Below are positions 23,480-37,321 of a DNA stretch of 64,000 bases, piece after piece; positions within the stretch are counted from its first letter, which is position 1, and every line of letters begins with the position of its first letter. Position numbers and translations under genes: made by a program. The stretch is from Eledone cirrhosa (Eukaryota), in assembly GCA_964016885.1 (NCBI GenBank), contig OZ024747.1, positions 32,178,001-32,242,000 of the forward strand. Direction: 5' to 3'. The notes beneath the pieces were generated by a model that saw only the letters and a list, made by a program, of their open reading frames with translations, was not told the DNA's origin and did not search any database.

Positions 23480-26400
23480 GACAAATGCCCAAAACTCCGA
23501 GTTGGAACCATCAATGTAAGCACAATGAAAGGAAGAGCAGGAGAAATCGTAGAGATGCTAGAGCGAAAGGAATTTGATGTCTGCTGTGTGCAAGAGACTA
23601 GATGGAGAGGAGAGTCTGCTAGAGTCCTTTTAGGAAAAAGTCAGTGCTACAAATTTTTCTGGGTGGGAAATGACGATGGGATGGGTGGTGTAGGTATCCT
23701 ACTAGCTGACAAATGGGTAGATAAGGTAATCTCAGTGAACAGGGTGAATATAAGAATCATTAAACTCAAACTAGTCCTGAATAAAACAATTAACACAATC
23801 ATATCAGCTTACGCATCCCAATCGGGGATGTTGACGAACTTAAGGAGAGGTTTTACGAGTTTCTGCATACTACTGCTCTAACAAACGACAATGACTTCCT
23901 AATCATTGCAGGAGATTTTCATGGACACCTAGGTAAACACTGTGACGGCGTCTATAAAGACCATGGAGGCCATGGGGTTGGCACAAGAAATGAAGAAGGA
24001 TTCAGGTTTCTAGAATTCTGCGACGCCAATGACATGTCGATGTGTAATACAAACTTCAAAAAACCCGACAACCACCTGATCACCTATAGATCAGGGGAGC
24101 ATTCTAGTCAGATAGATTTTATCCTCATAAGGGGACGTGACAGATGGACGGTCATGAACACAAAAGCCTTCCCTAGAGAGGAATGTACCTCCCAACATAG
24201 CTTAGTTGTCAGCGACCTCAGTCAGAACTAGACGAAACAGAAGCCAACCAGGTGAAGAAAGATCTGGAAGCTGAAAGACCCCTCAGCCAGTAACAGATTT
24301 AAAGATATTTTACTCAACCCCTACGACAGTAGAGAAGAACAGATAGAGACATTCAATGTAGAAGAGCACTGGGAGTTCCTAAAAAATAACTTACTAAATG
24401 TGACGGATGAGATCTGTAGCTGGCGTAAGACCACTGGCAGGAGGAGAGTGACTTGGTGGTGGAACAATAAGGTAGATGAGGCAGTTAAGGCCAAGAGAAT
24501 GGCATGGAAAGAATGGAAGAACGGGGGAAGCAGGGTACATTACATAGAAACCAGGAGGGAAGCTAGACGACAAGTATACTTAGCTAAGTGGGAAGCAGAG
24601 GATAGAAAATTCAAGCATGTTTTGCAACGTGAGGACCAGAAACAGGAGTTGTTCAAGATTGCGAGACAGTGTGTCAGAGAGAATTGTGATGTCATTGGAG
24701 AGAAATGTATCCGGAATGATAAAGGTGAGCTTGCCCTCACAAGTGCTGAGAAGAAAGATCCGTGGAAGAGCCATTATGATAGATTACTAAATGAGGAGAA
24801 TGCATGGGAAGAAGAGACCCTATAGAGGGGCCAGCAGTACAAGTCAGCAGCAGCGTAGTAAGTAAGGCACTCAAAAATATGAAGACGGGGAAGGCAACCG
24901 GTCCATCGGGTATAGCTGCTGAGATGCTGAAGGCATCTGGGTCAGTAGGTCACACCATAACCACACGTATTGTTAACCAGGTAATACTAGAAGGTGTCTT
25001 ACCAAAGGATTGGTGCAGTAGCATCATTGTCAACTGCTACAAAGGTAAAGGTGATGCACTAGATAGAGGAAATTATAGAGGTATAAAGCTGATGGACCAG
25101 GTCATGAAAGTGACAGAGTTATAGCACAGTTGATTAGTGACCAGGTGAAACTAAATGAGATGCAATTTGGGTTTGTGCCAGGAAGAGGCACCACTGATGC
25201 CCTCTTCTTTGTCAGGTTGACTTTGAGACCCTTTCTTTCTAGTCCCTGCTTCCAAATTTGGAATTTCTTCTCTAGTTCTACCATAGATTCAGCTATAAGT
25301 GCGAGGTCATCTCTATGCAGGAGTTCTCATGGGCATCCGATCGTAAACTCCTCCGTTATTGCCTGCAGAACTATGATGAACAGGAGAGGGCTAAGAACAG
25401 AGCCCTGGTGGACACCGACCTGTACGCTAAATTCCTCGCTATAGTCATTGCAAATCCTAACTTTGCTGACTGCTCCTCTATACATGGCGTGTACAGCTTC
25501 CACAAGCCATTTATCTACTCCTAGTTTTCTAAGAGCCCACCAGATTATAGCACGGGGAACTCTGCCAAAGGCTTTCTCGAGATCGACGAATGCCAGGTAG
25601 AGTGGCTTACCTTTAGCTAGGTACTATTCCTGTAGCTGCCTCACAAGGAAGAGGGCATCAGAGGAGGAGTTTACGATCGGATGCCCATGAGAACTCCTGT
25701 ATAGAGATGACCTCGCACTTATAGCTGAATCTATGGTAGAACTAGAGAAGAAATTCCAAATTTGGAAGCAGGGACTAGAAAGAAAGGGTCTCAAAGTCAA
25801 CCTGACAAAGACTAAGGTCCTTGTAAGTAAACGAGAAAACAGAACTCAGATCCCCCCAGGGAAATGGCCTTGCTCAGTATGTAGGAAACGGGTAGGTAGG
25901 AACTCCATTCTCAGCCCCAAATGCAAACAATGGGTATACAAGAGATGTAGCGGGATCTCAGGAAGCTTAACTAAGAATGTAGGCTTCACATGTAGCAGCT
26001 GTGCTGGGACAGAAAGCAGCAAACAGCCACAGGAAACAAGAACCACCAAACTCTGGGAGGGCTCTGTAGAAACAGTAGACACCTGCTACCTAGGTGACCG
26101 AATTAGCAGTGGAGGTGGGTGTTCGAAAAGTACAATAACTAGGGTAAGAACGGGATGGAAGAAGTTCAGTGAGCTACTGCCACTGCTAGCGGCAAAAGGC
26201 TTTTCCCTCAAAATGAAAGACAGACTGTATGATGTTTTTATACGAACAGCAATGTTACATGGTAGTGAGACCTGGGCGCTGTCTGTGGAGGACTTGTGTA
26301 GATTAGAAAGAAACGAAGCCTACATGCACCGATGGGTGTGTAATAGTAATATACGCGAACGGCAAAGCATAAATTAATCGAGAGAGAGACTGAGCATAAG

Positions 26401-26973
26401 AGGAATGAAATGCTGTGTGCAGGAGAGGCGGTTTCGTTGGAATGGACATGTGATGCGTATGAAGGATGACAGCTGCATAAAAAGGTGCAGAACACTAGAA
26501 GTCGATGGAAACCGCAGAGTGGGGAAACCTAAGAAGATCTAGGATGAGGTGATAAAAGCCGACCTTACCCAATTACACCTCTCAAAGGCGATGATACATG
26601 ACTGTGACCTACCGTGTCACACAGTATTACAGAAGACCCCCCCCCCCCAAGGGTACAAGCCGAAGTTGAAGCATATAAACAATATAGCCCCACTCCCTCC
26701 CACTGTAAAGTGGTCGTGGAGGGGCCACGGCAAAAAAGCACCCGGCCCAAATTGTAAAGTCGACGTGTAGGCGCCACGGAAAAAGCACCCAGCATTCACT
26801 GTAAATGAGGTTGGTGTTAGGAAGGGCACCCAGCTGTAGAAATCAAGCCAGAATCAGTTCCCGTATGAGCAAGGCATGATCAGCCGACCGGACACTGCCC
26901 ACAACAGGACAACCCGTCTAACCCATGCTAGTGTGGAATAACGGACGTAAAACAGTGATGATGATGATGATGA

Positions 26974-26975
<2 letters not shown>
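23480..26975 (+). mobile_element. Near full-length degraded RTE LINE with internal inversion (25206-25660)
   Basis: CVQETRW, SQIDFIL, GKATGPSG, NYRGIKL, HGSETW; central RT segment on the minus strand; (GAT)n tail. Confidence 0.9.
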
Positions 26976-27009
<34 letters not shown>

Positions 27010-27027
27010 TTATATACATATATATTT

Positions 27028-27088
<61 letters not shown>

Positions 27089-27137
27089 CTTATACACATA
27101 TATACATATATACATATACACATATATATATATATAT

Positions 27138-27172
<35 letters not shown>

Positions 27173-27241
27173 CATATGTACATATATATACACATATATA
27201 CATATATATATATATACACATATATACATATATAGAAACAC

Positions 27242-27284
<43 letters not shown>

Positions 27285-27299
27285 CATATATACAATATG

Positions 27300-27575
27300 T
27301 GAAGGCGCATGGCTTAGTGGTTGAGCATTGGGCTTGCAATAGAAAGGTTGTGAGTTCTGTTCTCATACCGGGTGATGCGTTGTTTCCTTGAGCAAGACAC
27401 TTTATTTCACGTTGTTCCAGTTTACTCAGCTGTAGAAATGAGTACCGGCCTGCCCGCCCAGCCAGTGGGATGGCGTTATCTTATGGCTAAAACAGCACGA
27501 CGTGCTGTGAACAGCGGCGCCGATTGGCGCCCGAAAGACTGGTTGGTCATGGTGATTGTATATCACCGGTCATGG
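27300..27575 (+). mobile_element. tRNA-derived SINE
   Basis: GGCGCATGGCTTAGTGGTT head; core TTGAGCAAGACACTTTATTTCAC. Confidence 0.8.
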
Positions 27576-27897
27576 TAGTGATATACAATATTACAATACA
27601 AGGGGAGGAATCATAATAGTAGCACTGATGATATCACAGATGTGTGACGAAAGAACTTTGACAGACTATATTTATATCTGTATTTTTAGCCGTTGGTCAG
27701 TCAATGATAAACATTTATTGCCAGATAAATTAACTATGGAGATATAAAAGATACAGAAACGAAAACCAACCCAAATCAAAGTGAGTGTGTTCTTTTATTA
27801 TGATTTCTGGCAATATTATAACAATATGACCCTCCCCAAGTATAACAATATTTGTTTCGACACACGATTTCTTATCAAAAACCTTGCAAAACAAATA
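27576..27897 (+). mobile_element. Third copy of the 12016 family; HHR at 27623-27662
   Basis: CA-CTGATGA-T-ATCACA-GATG-TGTGAC-GAAAGAACTT-TG. Confidence 0.75.
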
Positions 27898-27904
27898 TAT
27901 ATAT

Positions 27905-30060
27905 ATCATCTTTTAATGTCTATCCTCCACACTAGCATGGGTTAGACGGGTGTTGTCCCACTTGAGGCAAGATTGGTCAGGTGACCGTGTCTCGCTCATA
28001 TAGGACTATCTGGCAGGTTTTCTATGGCTGCATGCCCTTCCTTACGCCAAGCACATTTACAGTGTGGTCTGGGAGCTTTTTGCCGTGTTACCTACATGGC
28101 CACATTACAACGTTGACTGTGTGTGACACCTACACGACCTCATTAGTTTGTACTTGACGTTGTGGTACCAACATAACTTTTCAAAGAAAGGGTGGTGTTC
28201 GTGGGAGTGGGAGGATGGAGTAGGTTTAGTGGGTTGGGGTGTATATTTGGTTAAAAGGTGCCTACATACTGTAGGTAACGCTTTGTACATAGGCAAGGCG
28301 GGTCTTCTGAATTACTGTATAGCGCCAAAGATCTCCAGTAACATTGTCTTAGAGAGGTGCAAGTGTGTAAGTTCGGAATTTATCAAATCGTCCCAGGTTT
28401 TTCTGGATCTACCTACTCGTTAACTTCCATCAATTTTGATCGTTCTGCACTTTTTTATACAGCTGTCTTTCATGCACATCACGTGACCATACCAACATAG
28501 TCTTCTATCAAGTAAACAGCATCTGATCCCTCTTATTCCTAATTTCTCACTTAGTTCGTTCATGTTTTGCCATTCACGTATATTACTATTACACATCCAA
28601 CGAAGCATGCATGCTTTGTTCCTTTCCAGTCAGCGCAGGTCTTCTCCACACAATGCCCATGTCTCACTGCCATGTAACATTGCTGTTCGTATACAGGCAT
28701 CATACAATATGTCTTTCTATTTTAGAGAGAAACCTTTTATGGCCAACAGCGGTATAAGCTCTCTGAACCTTTTCCATCCCATTCTGGTTCTGGCTACTGT
28801 ACTTTCAGAGCACCCTCCACCACTGCTGATTTTGTCACCCAGGTAACGGAAAGTGTCTATTATTTCTATAGAACCATCTGGGCAGTTGAAAGAGATATCA
28901 TCCACTGGGTCCATAGCATCCACTCTGAGCATGGCCATTTCCCAGAGTGCACCTGTGTCCTATTTTCCTTTCTATATACTAGAACTTTAGTCTTAGACAA
29001 GTTAACTTTAAGGCCTTTTGATTCTAGGCCATGCTTCCGTGTTTTTAATTTCTTCTCTAGTTCTGCCATAGATTCAGCTATGAGAGTTAGATCACGGGCA
29101 GTCGGTCTTAAACTCCTCTGTTATAGCTTGAATGGCAATAATCAATACGAGGGAGTTGGGAGCAGAGCCTTGATGAACACCAACTTTTACGCTAAATTCT
29201 TTACTATTTTTTCTAGCGATCGACTTTCGTCAAATCGGACCGAGGAAACAATGTTTCCGTTCGTCTTTCCAGTTGCTAATACTATCTATCGGTCGCAACT
29301 CCAGGTAGAAGGAGCAACGTGAAATAAAGTGCCTTGCTCAAGGACATAACGCATCGCCCGGTCCAGGAATCGAACTCACAACCTCAAGATTGTGAATCCA
29401 ATTCTCTAACCACTCAGCCACACGCCTCCACATTCTTTACTATATTCATTGTTAATTCTGATCTTGGTGACAGTTTATATATGGCTTGTATAGCTCTCAC
29501 AAGCTATTCATCTACTCCTAGTTTTCTAAGGGCCCACCAGATAATGGAGCAGAGGACTCTGTCAAAGGCTTTCTCCAAGTAAACAAAAGCTAAGTAGAGG
29601 TGTTTAGTTTTAGATAGGTACTTCTCCTGTAGTTGTACAAGGAAAGAGCATCTGTGGTACTTTTACCTGACACAAACCCAAACTGCATTTCATCTAGATC
29701 AATTCGATCTCTTATTAGATGTGCTATAACTCTTTCTGTGACCTTCATGACATGGTCAACTAACTTAATGCCTCTATAGTTTTCCCTATATAGAGCATCT
29801 CCTTTACCATTGTAGCAGTTAATGATGATGCTGCTACACCAGTCATTTGGTATGATCCCATTCTGTAATGCTTTCAACATCTCAGCAACTATCTCCGAAG
29901 GCCCAGCTACCTTGCCTGTCTCCATATCTTTTCTCCTCATTTAATAGGTTTTTGTAGTGACACTTCCAAGCTACCTTCTTATCACTATAAGCGAGGGCAA
30001 GTACACAATCATCATTACGGACACACTTCTCTCCGACAATATCACGGTTTTCCTTGACAC
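27905..30060 (-). mobile_element. Degraded RTE LINE (RT to 3' tail)
   Basis: GEKCVRND, NYRGIKL, MQFGF, FRYLGD, RRLCWYGHV. Confidence 0.88.
29208..29431 (-). mobile_element. tRNA-derived SINE nested in the RTE, 12-bp TSD
   Basis: TSD ATTCTTTACTAT at 29196 and 29432; head GGAGGCGTGTGGCTGAGTGG, B-box GAGTTCGATTCC. Confidence 0.85.
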
Positions 30061-30074
30061 ATATGCATACATAT

Positions 30075-30400
30075 ATCATCATCATCATCATCATCATCAT
30101 TTTACGTCCGCTTTTCCCTGCTTGCAAAGATTGGACGGGAACTGATTCTGGCTTGATTTCTACAGCTGGATGCCCTTCCTAACACCAACTTCATTTACAG
30201 TGGGTGGTGGGTACTTTTTTGCCCTGGCACCTCCACAATCACTTTGCAGTGGAATATGGACCCCAGTCCCTATCATCGCATTTCTACAGTTTAGTAAACT
30301 GGAGAAATGTTAAATAAAGTATCTTGCCCAAGGAAACAACACATCGCCCAGTCTGAGAATTGAACTCACAACCTTTCGATTGCAAGTCCAATGTTCTAAC

Positions 30401-30402
<2 letters not shown>
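30075..30402 (-). mobile_element. SINE (tRNA head fragment + RTE tail)
   Basis: Reverse complement of the 22726 family. Confidence 0.75.
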
Positions 30403-30447
<45 letters not shown>

Positions 30448-30769
30448 ACATAAACAGTTCAAGAGTAACCAATCTTAATGAGAGAGATGGAGATAGGAGA
30501 TGAGAGAGAGGAGATAGGAGAGGAGGAGAGAGATTGGTGAATTAGTTAGAAGTTAAAGCGTAAAGGCATGTGATCAATGTGCAATATGCAGTGGAAGGCA
30601 GCTAGGTGGCTGGGTTCATGCAGAGGTTAGGTGCACAGCTGGAAATATTCATTAGTTAAGCAAAACAAGATAACAAATTTCACAAGGAAGACGTTATTAA
30701 AAGATTATCAACATAGTTGTAAGGAATGTAAGGAATGTAGAGAATAATAATAATAATAATAATATTAAT

Positions 30770-30955
30770 AATAATTGTTTCTACTTTAGGCACAAGGCCA
30801 GCAATTACCCAGTACATTACTGGTACTTTATTTTATCGACCCCGTAAGGATGTAAGGCAAAGTTAACCTCGGCTGGATTTGAACTCAGACTGTAAAGGGA
30901 CGTAACTATGCTAGAAAGCATGGCGTCCAACCCTCTGCCGATACTGCCAATTCAC
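30770..30955 (-). mobile_element. tRNA-derived SINE (12432 family)
   Basis: Same core and AGTAGAAACAATTATT tail. Confidence 0.8.
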
Positions 30956-30959
30956 AATA

Positions 30960-33490
30960 ATAATGTCTGTTTACAATTGTTTCACTACTCCATATAATGT
31001 TTCTGGCTCAAATGATTATAGATCATAATTGATCTGGTTCAGTTGAAAATAATTAACTTAGGTACAATTAGAGCAGCTCCTCGGAACTTCAAAAGGAATA
31101 TAAATTAAAATAAAGAAAGAATGTTACATGAATGTAATGTTCCATATATTGGTAATTCACTATGGTGTCCTGGGTATATCTATTGTCTGCCATAGTCGAG
31201 CAGTATTCTTCTGTCGAGGCTGCATTGTGTGAGATCTGCCTATGGGTAACAAGATGGCCGCCAATGGACATATTTACTTTACTAATTAGAGGGTGGTTTC
31301 AGGGGAAGTATCTCATCGAGAAATTAGAAAATGTGGGTAGTTTATAGTTAAGAAGTGCTAATTTTTTAATTAAAAGACAATGTAAGGGAGGTAACTTATA
31401 ATTATCTAAGTTAGCTATAACTATTTAACTTATTAGCTATAAGTAAAAATGGGGCTAGATGACTATGTTGGGTCAAATATTCTGTTGCCGAAGGAATTAG
31501 CCCTTCGATGTTGACATCTAATAGTTACCTCCGTTCTATCGCTAATCGGTGGAGGTCGTGATAGAGTTATGTAATATGCTTCGGTAAGACAGAGGTCACA
31601 AGAATTTCTTCGTCCATTGAACGGTTGGGCCCTAGCCAAGATATCCCATGTTAGTGAGTGTTCAATGTTGGTTAATTTAAGGTTTTTAATGAGCCTAGCT
31701 AGAGATGTCGAACATCTGTTGTTAGGGTCTCGGAAGGAAAAAGAGTGCGCGTTATAGCGTATCTTAAAAGGGTTAGAGCTAGAACCGATATAGGAGCTGG
31801 TATGCGAAGCAGTTTTAACTGTGCACCTATAAACTATATTGGGTGTCAGGCAATGTCCATTTAGTGGGCATGCATTAGGGTAACGGCAGTTGCAGTTACT
31901 TCTGCGGTTAGTGAGAGTAGGGTTGTTTAAACTATGCGGTTGGTCTGTGCTAGAAGGATTAGATGGGGGAGGTGTTCTACTAGAGTAAGTATTGGTGTAA
32001 TGGCGTGGTGGTGTATTTGATGGGGGTGGTGTTACCGCGGTGTGGGAGTTATACTGTCTTAGTTTATGATGGTTACTGAATGCGATGTGGCTAGCTAGGT
32101 TAGGTGAGAATGAGATTTTAATCTTGTTTTTATTAAAGAGTTTGTAATATCTATGGTTGGGGCGGGTAATGTTTAGATCGGATAGAGAAGAAGCGTTTAG
32201 GGCTATTAGTGGCTAGATTAGATAAGAATGGGGGGGGGGGGTAAGCCAGGCGATATTTCAAGGCCTATTCCTTCTAGGGGTTCTAGTGGAGTTGGTAGGG
32301 GCCTTCATAGGGTTATTATTACCTGGGCATTTGTTATTTGTCATCCCATTGCTCATTCCTATTCTAGGGTTGATTTTTAGTTTGCTACTTGGAGTGGAAA
32401 GTAGGCCACTGCCACCATTAAGGTTCCCTGTATAAGTGCTGTTACTGTGTTAAGTTAGTGTTAAGTTTATTATGGTTGTGGTGAAGTGCTGTGTTATGGC
32501 ATTTAGGTATGTAGTAAATGGACTGTTCATAACCAGATTCAGAAAGAGCCTTATTATAATATGCCGCATGGTTTATAAATATCTTCTCATTTGCTGATAA
32601 CATGGAGATCATATACGAGATAGATTTGATTCCTGCTCTGATGACTGCCGGTGGGTGGTTAGAGTGTGGGATAATGTATGTAAGTATTTCACTTGGTTTA
32701 TGATAAGGGTAATATAGGTTAATGTTAAGATCTAGGGTAACGTCCAGGAAGTTTACTACTTTATGGTTCGGCTCGATGGTGATAGAGAGACCGTTATTTT
32801 TAAAGAATCTATGTAATTGTTTTTTGAGCAAGTCAATGCCTCGATTAGTGCAATTGTGGACTGCAAATAGGGCGTCGTCCCTATATATTCCGCCTTGCAA
32901 GGGTTGGATTTCAGCTCTGATGTTATGTAAATTCTCTGATGTTAGGTAAATTCCAACTAAATCGGTGATTTGCGCAGAGTCGCTTGAGCCCATAGTGATG
33001 TCAAAGTTGTCTGTTCTGTCTTTTCTAGTCCAGAGTGCTCCGTTGAATTCAATGATGGTCTGCCTAGCCATAAGTATGATGTCAATCTCATTATGTCAGA
33101 GTTGGTGCTGGTTATGTCAGAGTTGATGCTGGCTAGGGTTAATGCTTTGTTGAGCAGTGCCGGGGTTATTGAAGCGTAGTAGCTGTCAATGTCAAATTGG
33201 AGGAACCTCATAGATTTCTTAGACCTTAGATCGGAGAACCATCTAATGACTTGGCCGGTGTTGGACCACAACTTGTAGGTGATATCATCCCGTAGCCCAG
33301 GGATGATCTTATCAAGGATGTTCTTACTGATACGACCCAAGTCAGATGTGGTTGGGCTTATAAGTCTAATAGATGGGTTCTCTATAAAGTTTGGGTTGTG
33401 ATCCTTGAGAGAAACCTTGGGGTTGTAGGTACATAAGGGTGGGTCAATCTATCCAGATGCAAGTCCTTAACCTAAGCCTGGGCTTTTCGG
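30960..33490 (-). mobile_element. Degraded Hydra-clade-like PLE (RT + GIY-YIG + 3'UTR)
   Basis: QFDIDSYY, FDITMGS, GGIYRDD, NFLDVTL, SNHPP; CNCRYPNACPLNGHC near 31850-31900. Confidence 0.9.
30969..31087 (-). ncRNA. Variant hammerhead (CCGAGGA core, ~95-nt stem II)
   Basis: GTT-CCGAGGA-GCTGCTC...GAGTAGT-GAAAC-AATT-GTA/AAC. Confidence 0.65.
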
Positions 33491-33870
33491 TTAAGTTTAC
33501 CCGCCATATATATATAAATTTTGAGCAAGTGTTGGTTGTTTACCGACACCTCAGTTTGATGGTTGGTTTCTTTACTCAGGAGTAATGTAAAATAAGTAAG
33601 TCAAACTTGTTAAAGTTGGCACCGTTTGTTATAATTCTCTGCTATATACATTTCATTGACAGCTACTATTGGCCGTGACAAAATCAGGCAGTACGAGTTA
33701 ATGTAGAAAGAAACAGGTATACATGGTGTTGTAATGTGTTCCACTACTTGATATGGTCATATCCAACAATAGCCGTCACCGAAACACATATAGAGAATTA
33801 TTTTACATACATATATATATATATATACACATACAGATATACATAGACATATATATACACACACCCATAC

Positions 33871-33899
<29 letters not shown>

Positions 33900-33903
<4 letters not shown>

Positions 33904-34126
33904 GGGCGGGTAAAATTCCCGAGATCCATGAACGAGTTCTCTCCAGCAGTCTCTGTCCCTCATTATCGCTGCCATGTCCTGCGTCTCCAAAAGTCAGCTC
34001 AAAAGTGACACAGAGGAGACTGAGGTTAGCTGGACATGCTCACCGACATCCAGAGTTGTCATTGCACTCAGTGCTCCTGTGGGAGCCCCTATATGGACAC
34101 ACTGGAAGAGGAAAACCAAGGTTAAC
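33900..34126. mobile_element. Short LINE 3' fragment with inversion (RTE-X-like); its first ~90 bp recur at 19336-19425
   Basis: RRLRLAGHAHRHPEL...LLWEP..GRGKPR on the plus strand, joined to a probable minus-strand 3' end. Confidence 0.55.
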
Positions 34127-34140
34127 ACCCATATATATAT

Positions 34141-34352
34141 ATAGGAAAAAAGTATGACTCCGACGGCAGAGCTCAAGCCGTTTCGACGGCTATTTCTGGA
34201 CTCTTAGATCGGAGAACCAGAAATAGCCGTCGAAACGGCTTGAGCTCTGCCGTCGGGGTCATACTTTTTTCCTATTTCCCACTCTACTACCCTAAGTATT
34301 AAGTACTCTGGCGCGTTATGGTCTATTTGGTTCCTTACCACAATTCCTTTGT

Positions 34353-34354
<2 letters not shown>
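34141..34354. repeat. Fold-back fragment of the 1825-type PLE end (3' half of HHR in both orientations)
   Basis: Arms 34141-34199 / 34217-34275. Confidence 0.8.
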
Positions 34355-34424
<70 letters not shown>

Positions 34425-35279
34425 TAGTAGAATAATCGAGAATCGGAATATCAGCCCACGAAATCACGATAAACAATATCCGACATGTGTGGCAGAGGGC
34501 TCAATAATTTGGATAAATCAGAGCTATAACTATCGTTAAAATACCAACACATAGAGATTATGCCTAAAATCACCCGTGCAGCCGAAAAAGAACGACAAGG
34601 AAGATTCGGGTCACTCAAATAAAATATCAATAAAAAATAAATTAAATGAATGTATGTAAATACATATATATAAAATATACATATATATATATGTACATAC
34701 ATATATATATATATATATACATTCATATATATATATATACATACATATATATATATACATACATATATATATACATACATATGTACATATACGTACATAT
34801 ATATATATGATGACTGCCCCTCGTTATCGAGTATGGACATTGCACGAGGAGAAAAAAAATTAATAAATAAATAAAAAAAAATAAAATTAAATAAAATAAA
34901 TATATATATACAAGCAAATCATAAACGCAAACATGCAAGCATGTTTTTGAAATTTTGAAATTAGAAATTAGAAATTATAAGCTTTCACCGTATTTTAGAC
35001 TAATGACATTTCTAGCCTGATAGTGGGGTTTATAACCCCCGGAGAAATGGAAAAAATGAGTGTTGCCGTACATATATATACACATACATATACATATATA
35101 CACACATATATATATACACACACATATACATTAATAGCAATAATAATAATAATAATAACAACAATAATAATAACGACAACAACAACAATAATAATATACA
35201 TATACATATATATATACACACACGCGCACACACATAAACATATCTATACACACACACACGATAGCAACTAACAACGCTG

Positions 35280-37255
35280 CGATTTAGCCCAGCCAATGAT
35301 CTAAAATGTCTTGCACAGAGTCGGCAACCAAAACATTCACTGGGAATAGCCGTCTGTGGTTGGAGTTCATGTACTTTTGCATGTCGGTTGAGCCCTCCTG
35401 CTGATTTACATTCTCTACCACATGTTTGGCAAGCATGATGAGTAGCATCTCCAACAGCAGCCTGGTAGTCAACCACTGCTCTTACTTTATGACTGCGAAG
35501 ATGACTTTCGAGTCCAGCTTTGCTTTGGCAGAGTCTCGCACAGACGCTGCATGTCAGCACCATAGGAGGACCCTCGCCGTCTGGAAGTGCAACAGCAATG
35601 CCCTTCCTCAGATCCCGCTTTACTTTCTCGTATGCGATTCGAGATGCCTCAAAGGCAACTTTTCCCTCATATACAGTCTTTTTCCATTTATTACGATCCG
35701 CAGCAATATTTTCCCATGTATCAGCAGAGATGTTAGCGTCTTTCAAAGAGGCTTTCAAGGAATCCTTATACCTCTTTTTTGGTTTATGTGGCGGTCATTT
35801 TCCTTTAACCAACTCTCCATAAAAGAGTTGTTTTGGTATTCTAGAATCCTTCATCCTGGCAAGGTGACCACTCCAACGGAGTCGTTGCTTAAGCACAAGA
35901 GCTTCTATACTGTCACACATAGAGCTTTCCAAAATCTCGACATCACTGATGTGGTCCCTCCAGTGAACGCCATGGATCCGTCTGAGACACATCTGATGGA
36001 AACGCTCCAATTGCTTAAGATGGTGTCGATATGTGACCCAGGTCTCGCAGGCATAAAGAAGACAAGAGAGCCCACATGCCTTGTACCTTTGTCCTCCTGC
36101 ATATGTCTCGCCGACCCCAGAGTCGCCTTTCTAGCTTTTCGAAAGCATCACTTGCTTTCCTAATCCTAAGTGAGATTTCACTGTCAAGGTTGCTGTATCG
36201 ATTGACAGTGCTTCCCAGGTAGACAAGCTGATCAACCACTCCAAGTCGTTTACCATACACATAGATATTTGGTTCAGTGTACTGCTTACCAGGGGCAGGT
36301 TGGTACATGACGACGGTTTTCTTGAGACTGAAAGTCAATCCTAGGGCAGTGCAAGCGTCAGAAAATGCATTCAAAATGTGCTGCATATCACTCTCTGTGT
36401 GCGCTACAAGATCGCAATCATCTGCATACAAGAGGTCTCTTATGATTGATGTAAATACTTTTGTCTTTGCAGCAAAGCGCCTTATGTTAAATATGCTGCC
36501 TGAGGTTCGATATTGGATGTAAACACCATGCTCGCAATTCCTGAATGCAATACAGAAAACCATTGCAAAGTATATGGCAAACAGGATCGGTGCTGGAATA
36601 TCCCCCTCTTTCATTCCATTTTTTACTGAGATAAGCTCCGACATGTTACCTCCGACATTAACCCAAGCCCTCATGTCATAATGGAAAGACCTAACTAAAA
36701 CAAGAAATTTATCAGTGCAACCAAGTTTCTGGAGAACCTTCCATAATGCATCTCTGTTAACAGTATCGAAAACTTTTGTCAGATCGACAAAAACCTGATA
36801 CAGATCCAAACCTTGTTCCGTGCACTTCTCCTGGAGCTGTCTAGCTGAGAAGATCATATCAGTAGTGCCGCGTCCAGCACGAAAACCAGATTGACTTTCA
36901 GGAAGAACACAATTTGCAATGTGTGTCAGCAGACGGTCCAGAAGCACCCTACATAAAACTTTCCCTACGACAGAAAGCAATGATATACCTCTGTAGTTCC
37001 CACAATCATTCCGGTTACCCTTTCCCTTGTACAAGACCACCATTACTGCATCTCTCCAGTCCTCAGGTACGGATTCATTAGCCCATATCCTGCCAAACAA
37101 AGAGTGAAGAGATGTTGCAGGAGTCTCTCACCACCATATTGTAGGATTTTAGCATGTATGCCATCCATACCTGGAGAACTTCCTCTGTTCAGCTTCGAGA
37201 TAGCCACTGCAACCTCCACAAGCGTCGGAGGTTCTGCGAGAGCTACTTTCACTGG
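35280..37255 (-). mobile_element. RTE (BovB-like) LINE, 5'-truncated, with three C-terminal C2H2-like fingers
   Basis: NYRGISLL, PESQSGFR, LLYADD, RLRWSGH; CSVC..HLRSH, CQTC..HAKVH, CRLC. Confidence 0.92.
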
Positions 37256-37321
37256 ACTTTCTCATACATATATATATATACATACATATATACATACACA
37301 TATATATATATATATATATAT

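Noticed and set aside
35280-35560. Host C2H2 zinc-finger gene
   Set aside because: It is contiguous with the RTE RT C-terminus and so part of the LINE.
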